Positions 53,325-64,000 of a stretch of DNA of 64,000 nucleotides are shown in pieces. The translations under genes and the position numbers were made by a program. Numbering within the stretch: position 1 is the stretch's first letter; every line of letters begins with the position of its first letter. The notes under the pieces are model-generated. The model did no database searches, was not told where the DNA came from, and saw nothing but the letters and a program-made list of their open reading frames with translations. This DNA comes from Octopus vulgaris (lineage: Eukaryota): positions 53,196,001 to 53,260,000 of the forward strand of contig OX597823.1 in NCBI GenBank assembly GCA_951406725.2, written 5' to 3'.

Positions 53325-53393
53325 ATTCAAAAGAAAAGCTCTACCTTGTAATTTGTTCTATCTGTGTGCAGCCCTGTGTGGCTAATAAAGAAA
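52403..53393 (+). mobile_element. Tx1/L1-clade LINE, 5'-truncated (ORF2 C-terminus with CCHC zinc knuckle plus 3' UTR), inserted in (CTAT)n
   Basis: Open frame ..LAWQCYREALPVRDKL..CPRCGQSDETVLHALVQC..W (zf-RVT-like), stop at 52981, T-rich 3' UTR, AATAAA at 53384, and (CTAT)n on both flanks. Confidence 0.88.
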
Positions 53394-53636
53394 CATATCT
53401 ATCTATCTATCTGTCTGTCTGTCTGTCTGTCTATATATCTATCTGTCTATTTATCTCTGTCCATCTGTCTATCTATATATCTATTTGTCTGTCTATCTGT
53501 CAGTCTATCTATCTAGCTATCTAGCTATCTAGCTAGCTATTTATCTATCTATTTGTCCATATATTCATCTATCTACCTACCTACCTACCTATCAATATAT
53601 CTATCTACCTATCCAACTATCTGTCTGTCTGTCTAC

Positions 53637-53693
<57 letters not shown>

Positions 53694-54013
53694 CCCTGTC
53701 TAGTCTGTTCATCGCCACCACCAAACATTAATAACACCGCCACCGTAAACAACACCAACCAACACCCAGCTAGTACCATCTACTAGCTGGATGTACTATC
53801 CACAGCTATCACCACCACCACTATAAATATCACCACTATTAGTAACCACTACCATCACAACCATCACCACCACCACGACTAGAAACATTAACACCATTCT
53901 GACCGTGGTCAGTTCTGTTTTGTATGAGAGGAACTAACTGTATAAGATGGACTGTGAAGTTAACGTGGTTACTTAGCCATACGAGTTCGTACGCTGTTTA
54001 TATATACATACAT

Positions 54014-54052
<39 letters not shown>

Positions 54053-54096
54053 CGCACATATGTATATATGCATACTTACATATGTATGTATGCATG

Positions 54097-54130
<34 letters not shown>

Positions 54131-54496
54131 TGTATGTATGTATGTATGTATGTATGTATGTATGCATGTATGTATGTGTTGTAAGACCGAGGAAACTGAA
54201 TGTAAGAACAAGTCAAATATACGTCAGAATTTGCGTATGCTTACGAGTTCGTGAGCGTACTTTACTTGATAAGTAACAGTTCGATCGAGTATGAGTGCGG
54301 GCTGTTTTGTTTGGTGTTGGAAGTAGCGATGGCGGTGGGTACCTGCCTGACTATATTTACACGCACGTAGATGTCTGCAGAATTCTCTCTGCCACTGGCA
54401 GACCATACCTTCGCAGTTGAGTGACTTTTCCCCTTTTTTTTTTAATATTTGTGTGTTTTTTTTATCCGTCATTGTTATTATTATCATTTATTATTA

Positions 54497-54566
<70 letters not shown>

Positions 54567-54796
54567 CATTATTATTATTGTTATTATTATTGTTATGTAA
54601 TCGACTTAACCACCCCCTTCCCGAAGTTAATGGTCTTGTGCCAAAATTTGAAATCATCCTCTCCTCATCCTCCTCCTCATCATCATCATCGTCATCGTCG
54701 CCGTCGTCATCGTCGACGTCGTCATTATCATCATCATCATCATCATTTGTTAATTTTTTTAAAAATATTTTTATATCGTATTCTATTATTGCTTAC

Positions 54797-54851
<55 letters not shown>

Positions 54852-55368
54852 ATTGGCCTTGTCATCATCATCGTCGTCGTCGTTGTCATTATTGTCATCA
54901 TCATTATCATCATAATCATCATCATCATCGTAATCGTTACCACCCCCATCGTCGTCGTCATCGTCGCCATCCCCGTCATCGACGAGGGATGACGACGCGG
55001 CATCAACGTGTTCGTTTTACAACAATCACATCAACACCAATGGCAACGGCGATCTAAACAAACCAAACCAAACCAAATCTACTACTACTACTACTAATAC
55101 TAATACTACTAATAATAATAATAATACTAATACTAATACTACTAATACTAATACTACTAATACTACTAATACTAATACTAATACTACTAATACTAATACT
55201 ACTAATACTAATACTACTAATACTACTAATACTAATACTAATACTACTAATACTACTAATACTAATACTAGTAATACTAATACAACCTATACTAATACTA
55301 CTACATAATAAAAAATAAATAGCAATAAACAAATTACGCGTGCACCTGCTGCAACTACAACCACCACC

Positions 55369-55425
<57 letters not shown>

Positions 55426-55762
55426 GCTACTGCTACTACTACTACTAACTGTCGTGCTACCAAAGCTGTCGCTTACTATGCAATACAACTCCTTCTTTGC
55501 CTGCCATCATACTTCATAACTCTAAACACCATCACCGAGCGCACACATCCATCTCCATACACACACACACACACACCCCTTCCGAAATTCATAACTCCAC
55601 CCTATACGGCATTCTCCAACAAACTCACTCAGCTATCACCACCACCACCACCACCACCACCATTACCATTACGCGTACTGCCGTCGAACTTAGCCGACCC
55701 CGCGTCTACCACTCCACCTCGCCTCACCACATCATTTCATACTACTACTACAGCTATTAGTA

Positions 55763-55817
<55 letters not shown>

Positions 55818-55894
55818 TTACAACTGAATAATAATAATTATAATTGTAACTGATTTCTCTTATTTACCACAGGGTTAAATAATAATAATAAAAA

Positions 55895-55928
<34 letters not shown>

Positions 55929-55973
55929 GCAATAACCCAAATAATCTACTACAGCTACTAAGCTACTAGTAGA

Positions 55974-56011
<38 letters not shown>

Positions 56012-56143
56012 GTGGGTAATAATTATAGCCGTGATTCCTTTCATTTGCCACGGGGGCAAATAAATATAATAATAATAATAATAATAATAGTAATAATAAT
56101 AGTAGTAGTAATATTAATAATAATAATAGTAGTAGTAGTAGTA

Positions 56144-56215
<72 letters not shown>

Positions 56216-57064
56216 GTATTCTACTACAGCTATTTGTAATAGTAGGTTTACTAGTATTTATATTACCACTACTACTACTACTGCAGATACTAAGCAGCTA
56301 CTGCATGTAGCAGTCAGTACTGCTACAACTACCATTGGTACTATCACTGCCATTACTACTACCACTACTACTACTACTACTACCACCACCACCACTACAA
56401 CTATTACTACTACTACTACTATATACTGCATTAATTATAGTGCGTCTATCGACAAAGTAAGTAAAAACAATGCCCATGTATTTCAGTTGCTAACACACAT
56501 ACATGCATACATACACACGTATACACACATATGCACACATATATGTACACACAAATACGAACTCACACACATGCAAGCATGCATATGCACACATATACAT
56601 ACACACGCACGCACATGTCGGTGGATCTTGTGAATGCATCCACATGTCTCGAGCGTGTTCGTTTTTAAATCTCTGACGACTCGAACCAAGGGGAAAAAAC
56701 GTAAGCACCCACAACCAGGCCGAAACCGCGTCGCGCCGCACCGCACCGCACCTTATACTTATACCATTCACGTTTGTCAAGTCGGCTACCCTCAACCACC
56801 CGTGTACCTCGAACTACGACCACCCAGGTACTAACTTACACCCAGCCAATCCGCACACCTATTCATCCTTGCAACCGCAAACCACCCACCCCCTACTGAC
56901 AACAACAACAACATCAATAACGGCAACACAAGCAGTTGAATCGCTACCATCGACAGTACGCGCATTGGGAGACGAATAAGGAGTCACTCCCCACCCCCAC
57001 ACACTATTACACATACATACATACATACATACTTACTTACATACATACACACGCGCACACATAA

Positions 57065-57131
<67 letters not shown>

Positions 57132-57249
57132 CATACATACATATATATATATATACATATATATATATTTAAAGGCTAAAACAATGCGAAGCGCATTGTG
57201 ACCGGCGATGTGTAGCAACATCTGATAGCCTAGTCGGTCACGGTGATAC

Positions 57250-57280
<31 letters not shown>

Positions 57281-57287
57281 AACATAC

Positions 57288-57336
<49 letters not shown>

Positions 57337-57807
57337 CAATAGTTTTGATGCACGAACAATACTAAAAATTATACATACATACATACATACATACATACAT
57401 ACATACATACATACATACGTACGTGCGTACTGTACTTATACACATGCACAGAAGCATATAACCGCACGCGCATATGCAATTACTGCTTCGTGAACTTAAA
57501 TGATTTCCACCACCACCACCACCAACACAGCTGCCACGAAAGAGAAGGCCACCACCGCCGCCAGCTCCACCCACCGCCTCCGCCGCCGCCGCCGCCGCCA
57601 TCGTCAACACTACATCACTTTATCACTACCACCGCAACCACTACGACTACTGCCGCTATTACTACAAATAACATAAACCATCAGCATTACGGTGACATAC
57701 CACTCCCTTTGCTTAAAACGAAGAGGAAAAAGAAATTTTATTTTTTTTAACAAAATAAATAACAAGGGTCGAGGAATTCATCATAGAAACCGGAAGTCAT
57801 TATTATT

Positions 57808-57846
<39 letters not shown>

Positions 57847-57868
57847 TTTATTATTATCACCATTATTA

Positions 57869-57913
<45 letters not shown>

Positions 57914-58407
57914 AGAAAAAAAAGATGAAATCGTCTCTGTGAATCCATTTCGCCAGAATAACGCTATTTCTTCTATTAATATCAATCTACCTTCTATGAT
58001 TCCACCAGATACAACACATACGCCGTCGCCGCCATCTTCGCCATCAACGTCGTCGTCGTCATCGTCGTCGTCGTCATCATCATCATCATCATCATCATTA
58101 TGATTATCACCACCATGATCATCATCATCATCACCACCAACAGGCATTATTATTAAAAAAAAAAAATTAACAACAACAACAACACAAGCAACAGCGACAT
58201 CAATATAGCCACACAACCGGCAAATATCACCGCCACAACAAACACACAACCACAACCGGTAAAAAAAAAAAAAAAAACAATAACAACAACGACAACTACA
58301 ACAACAATAATAACAGCATTAACAATAACAATAACAATAGTAAATAACAGTAAGAAAACAACAGCCGCTGTAATGTTCATGTTTTTGCATTGCTTTCTAT
58401 CGGTACC

Positions 58408-58463
58408 ATGAAAAATTTATCCGAGGAATATAACAAACTAGCGGAAGTCAACAAGCTCCATCG
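58408..58463 (+). CDS. Candidate first coding exon of an unidentified gene (MKNLSEEYNKLAEVNKLH-R, phase 2)
   Basis: ACCATGA start context, non-repetitive amphipathic-looking peptide, and donor CG|GTACGT followed by intron-like microsatellite DNA. No homology recognised. Confidence 0.35.
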
Positions 58464-58553
58464 GTACGTAACGCTTTACCATATCATTACGTATATATAT
58501 ATATATAACTATACATATTATACATATACACATATGTATAATACATAGATGTA

Positions 58554-58630
<77 letters not shown>

Positions 58631-58715
58631 AATGTAAATATATGTATAAATGTTTATATACTTATGTCCATATATTCATATATATGTATAAATGGTATAT
58701 ATATACATATATACA

Positions 58716-58768
<53 letters not shown>

Positions 58769-59082
58769 TTATTTTTTCTACGAGTATATGTATACATGTA
58801 TACATGTGTATATGTATGATGTGTATGTGTATATGTATACTGTCTTTTACAAATTTCACGTTCTAAATTTTTTGGTGTATATTTTTCTCCTCCATAAGTC
58901 GCTTATTGTATATATATATATAGTTCTTTCTTTATACATGTATATAATTAGTGTGCATATATATATATATATATATATAGTATACATTTTCATACGTGCA
59001 TGCACCGTGCGCACACACGTGTTTGTGTACAGTGCGTATGTATACACACACATGCACACACATCATGTAAATCACCATGTGA

Positions 59083-59143
<61 letters not shown>

Positions 59144-59279
59144 CATGTATATGTAAAATCTGTTCGGTCTGTTTATTTACATTGTCAGCTACAAATACAA
59201 GCGAACACGCACGTGCATGCATTCATCTCTAAAGAGAACGTCCAAGGCATATTTATACATACATACATACATACATACA

Positions 59280-59313
<34 letters not shown>

Positions 59314-59316
59314 CAT

Positions 59317-59358
<42 letters not shown>

Positions 59359-59639
59359 ATATATGTATATATGTGTGTATGTATATGTATGTACATGTAT
59401 ATATGCATATGTGTGTGTGCGTGCGTGCAGACCTGCATATGTGTATCAGTATGTGTATGTATGGAACCATATTTGACAATATCATACTAATACGTACACC
59501 CACTTCCACCTCAAACACACATATACATACATTTGAGTGTATAGATATTTACATAAAAGTGCATTATATAACGCATGTACATATGCATGTGTATGCATAT
59601 ATATAAATATGCATATAAATTTCATATTCATATACATAC

Positions 59640-59676
<37 letters not shown>

Positions 59677-59769
59677 GTAGTATATATTACATATTACTTG
59701 TATATAGATGTATATTTTTTATATATGTACTTATTTATACACACATACATATATATGTGCATATGCAGA

Positions 59770-59805
<36 letters not shown>

Positions 59806-60334
59806 AAGGTAATCATACACAAATATACAGCTGTTGTTAGTTTTGATATAAGTTATCTCAGATTTGCCCTGATCAAGCAAAGCTTGAATCAAGTCTCTGC
59901 ATTTTGTAACCATGTCCCTATGTTTTACTAGTATTTCTTGTATACATTTCTGAGCATCTTCGAGTAACGGGTGTCAGGAAGCAGTCCAATTAGGGGTCAG
60001 TCTGGCACTTGCCTTTAAAATAAGTTTTTAGGATGTGGTCTAAGCTTGGTGTGGCTACTGTTTCTAGTATGTCGATCGATCTATTATCATGTTTCGACTT
60101 CCGTTAAAATTCTATGCTAGCTTCATCGAGTTTTTTTGTTTTTGTTTTTGTTTTTGTTTTTTTTTTTTGTAATATATCATTGAAAGTTCTCTGCCACCGA
60201 GGTCAACTTAGCCTTTCATCCATTTCGGGGTAAATAAAATAAGTACCTGTCCATCATTGGGTTTGATGTAATCAACCAGCATCCCTTCCCTCCTTAGCAA
60301 AATTTGCCTATAGTAGGAAGGATCATTATTATTA

Positions 60335-60540
60335 GCTGGCAGAAATGTTGGCACGTCGGGGAAAATACTTAACGACATTTCGTCGGTCTTAACGATCTGA
60401 GTTCAATATACCCCGGAGTCGATTTTGCCTTTCATCCCTTCTGGGTCGATAGAATAAGTACTAGTTAAACACTGGAGTTTATGTAATCGACTGAAGTACC
60501 TCCCCAAAATGACGGGCCTTGTGCCAAAATTTGAAATCAT
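60335..60540 (+). mobile_element. SINE family C (a further partial copy lies at ~60195-60325)
   Basis: AGCTGGCAGAAATGTTGGCACG..CTGAGTTCAA..GTCGATTTTGCCTTTCATCCCTTCTGGGTCGATA..GTGCCAAAATTTGAAATC, followed by (TAG)n. Confidence 0.85.
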
Positions 60541-60552
60541 TAGTAGTAGTAA

Positions 60553-60619
<67 letters not shown>

Positions 60620-60732
60620 TAACCCTTGGTACTCAGAGTAAAACCTGGATCGGTCGGTAGGCAAATAGAATAGCTGTAAGGGAATTGCCATCCTCCTAGG
60701 ATTTTAAATATATCTATATCTATATCTATATC

Positions 60733-60805
<73 letters not shown>

Positions 60806-60819
60806 TGAAATACATACAT

Positions 60820-61042
60820 GTGTGTGTGTGTTTGTGCCCTGCCACCACTTGACAACCGGTGTTGATGTATTTACGTCACCGTAACCTAGCGGTTCGGCAA
60901 AAAAGAACAACAGAATAAGTACCAGGCTAAAAAAACAAAACAAAAACAAATAGTAATTAAGTTCATTCATTCAACTAAAAAGATTCTACAGGGCGGTGCC
61001 CCAGCATGACTGCAGTCTAATGACTGAAGCAAGTAAAAGAAA
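60820..61042 (+). mobile_element. SINE family B 3' half
   Basis: TTGACAACCGGTGTTG..GGTTCGGCAAAA..AGAATAAGTACCAGGCT..GGCGGTGCCCCAGCATGAC. Confidence 0.85.
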
Positions 61043-61072
61043 AAATACATACATATACATGTATATATATAT

Positions 61073-61120
<48 letters not shown>

Positions 61121-61189
61121 TTATATAGATATGTATATATATCTATATATATGTATAATATATATTATATATATATATATATATGTATA

Positions 61190-61241
<52 letters not shown>

Positions 61242-61294
61242 GTATATATGTATATATATGTATATATGTATATATATATTATATATATATATGA

Positions 61295-61332
<38 letters not shown>

Positions 61333-61772
61333 TATATATTATATATATATATATGTATGTATATATGTATATATATATATATGTTGTTGAGACACTGGTA
61401 CTCAGTACATAAACGTAAGTGTAACAATAACAACATCGGATTTCTCTATAAACCCCTAGCCGCAAATTTTGTAACCTTCGCTTGTAAATATCCCCGCCAG
61501 TCATGTATGTAATATTTATTATGTCTCCTCATATTTTGCACAAAATTTTTAAGGGAACTTCTTTGTACAACATCCCTAACCTACCTGCCTTGTTTTTATA
61601 TAACTTTCTCTTATTCTCTCAACTCCACAACCACCGCAACTATCACTATCACCACTACCACTAACATGTAATATGTAACATGTAATAATATCTACGCCTG
61701 AAATTGAATGTAACTGCCCGAACTGCCTAAATAAGTGGAAAAAATTATTTTTATCATCATTATTATATTATA

Positions 61773-61990
61773 TAAGGCGGCGAGCTGGCTGAAACGTTAG
61801 CACGCCGGGCGAAATGTTTAGCGGTATTTCGTCTGCCGTTACGTTCTGAGTTCAAATTCCACCGGTGTCGAGTTTTGCCTTTCATCCTTTCGGCATCGAT
61901 GAAATAAGTACCAGTTGAATACTGGAGTCGATTTAATCGACTTAGCCTCCACCCCCGAAATTGCAGCCTGTGCCAAAATTTGAAACCATT
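61773..61990 (+). mobile_element. SINE family C, full length, low divergence
   Basis: TAAGGCGGCGAGCTGGCTGAAACGTTAGCACGCCGGGCG...GAGTTCAAATTCC...GCCTTTCATCCTTTCGGCATCGATGAAATAAGTACCAG. Confidence 0.9.
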
Positions 61991-63893
61991 ATTATCGTCA
62001 TCGTCATCATCATCATTGGTGTCGTTGTCGTCGTCATCATCAGCTTCAGTAGTAGCAGCGTCATTGTTCTTTTAATTTAAATATAGCGTTTGTCCGGTAC
62101 AGCAGTTCATGTTTATGACAGTCAAAAAAAACGATATTTCACTTTGTTCCTATATTAGATGTTATATTTTAAGTACCCGTTAAATACCAAGGTTAATTTT
62201 AATCTGTCATTCTCTCCCCCAAATCAATGAAGTTATTTGCAGGATAGAAACTATTGTTACTACTACCATTATATTCTATCGCTTCAAAGAACTGATGATG
62301 TGCTGTCTATTTTTGCTTACCTTTCCAACAACAATCGTAGTTTAGGATGAGGAGCATTTTATAACTTCTATATGAAAGATATTTTTTCACTTTTTCTTAA
62401 CTTATTTTGTATTGAATGCTTTCCGAATAATTCTTGCTGAAGTTGCTATTGTTGTTGTTATTGCTGTCATTTATAACTTTTTCTTTTCATTTTTTTCCCT
62501 TGGTCGACTTTTAAGAGTAGGTGACTCCTTAAAATCGAATCTATCAAATATTTATATTCTTTCACAAAACCTAAAACTTTTTAAACACATAGAAAAAAAC
62601 TTCCACAAACCGACATTTAAAGTTTAAAGAAATGGAATGAATTAGTGGTACTGCCAGAAATATAGAAATCTTTATGGAATAGGGCTGATACCTTCGCTAG
62701 AGAGAGATGTTATTTGTTGGTATGACATAAATTCCTTCATTATCTCCTCCCAGCCATCTCTCCGTCTCTCTCTCTGTCTCTTTCTTTTTCTCTCTCTCTT
62801 TTTCTAAGTTTTCCTATTACATGTGCGTTAAAAAAATATTTCAGTATTAACTTCGTCTCACTATGTTGTTCCTCGTTCCAAGATTACTTAGTGGTGAAAA
62901 TTCAATTAAAATATACCTGTAATTTACTAGACCAAGAGGAGAGCCTGTGAATTCGTTCAACACTAATACTTACCCTGATCCACTTTTCAACAGCATCATA
63001 ACATTGGAGCTGTGCCCAATCAGAAATAAAGATTTCGATCACTATTGATTTCTTGAGTAGTTCACATCCGAGAGAGAGAGAGAGACAAACACAAGCACAC
63101 GAAACTTCACAAGCAAAGGAAGGTGGAGATCCACGCGGTCACTCAACCTGTTAGAAATACCAGCAAGATCTCCCTCAAATCCAGCACTATCGAATTAGAA
63201 CAAAAAATAAATGAATAAAGGCACACGTAATTATATAATCCTAAATATACACTAACTGAATAAACAAATAGGGTGTAAGTTCGGGAGAACACGTGGCAGT
63301 GAAGGCCTGCTAGATAATGGCCCACTTGGGGCTAATTAACGGAGACAACAAAGAATATCATTTTGCAATTATCCTGAAATTTATTAACACAAATAACAAA
63401 TAAAAAATATAGATTTATATAAGGCAGAGGCATTGTGAGGTAGGAAAATAAGAAGTTTGCATGAAAATATATACAAAATCCATTAAACACGACAGCAATA
63501 AAGGAAGTGAAAGATCAACAGCAAAGTGGTGCACTTATGCTATGCTGGCATACAATGCAAGTTTCCGTAAATCATAAAATGCGTCTTTCTTTGGGTCGCG
63601 TTCGGGTAATGTACCAGACTCCAACATATGTGTGTTGTTATTATTACTTAATAATGTTAAAAACTCACACGCACACGCACACACACATACATATATATAT
63701 ATATATGTATTATGTAATATGTATATGTATATGTAAATATATATATACGCATATATATATATTTTTATATACACATATACATACGCATATATATGTATGT
63801 ATATGTATATATATGTATGTATGTGTATATATGTATATGTGTGTGTATGTATATATATTTATATATTTGTGTGTATATATACACACGTAGATG

Positions 63894-63933
<40 letters not shown>

Positions 63934-63958
63934 CATGTATTTATATATGTATATACAA

Positions 63959-64000
<42 letters not shown>

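Noticed and set aside
56668-56710. CTGACGA-CTC..GGG-GAAA..GTA possible hammerhead
   Set aside because: Stem III and stem I do not pair, so it is probably a chance match.

Overview
This is AT-rich eukaryotic, almost entirely non-coding DNA, saturated with (TA)n, (CA)n, (TACA)n, (GATA)n and (TAA/CAT/ACT)n microsatellites. The repeat landscape strongly suggests an Octopus genome (inference). Nearly all ORFs in the supplied track are microsatellite translations. Real protein homology is confined to transposon remnants: Tc1, three mariners, a DD37D/DD41D-like transposase, an R4/Dong-type LINE endonuclease and a Tx1/L1-type zinc-knuckle C-terminus. There are also two MITEs, a Helitron-like end and three abundant tRNA-derived SINE families. 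The most notable hidden signal is a set of at least six unrelated short non-coding elements carrying type-I hammerhead ribozyme (HHR) cores of the Penelope-associated kind, mostly arranged as fold-back inverted repeats and often sitting in (TA)n. One family has a tRNA (Pol III) head followed by an HHR. A second copy of that family, flanked by a 12-bp TSD, begins exactly at the predicted self-cleavage site. Two LINE families appear specific for (GATA)n and (TAA)n. No host gene can be identified, but there is a candidate first coding exon at 58408-58463 and a CRE+TATA+Inr promoter-like site near 11500.
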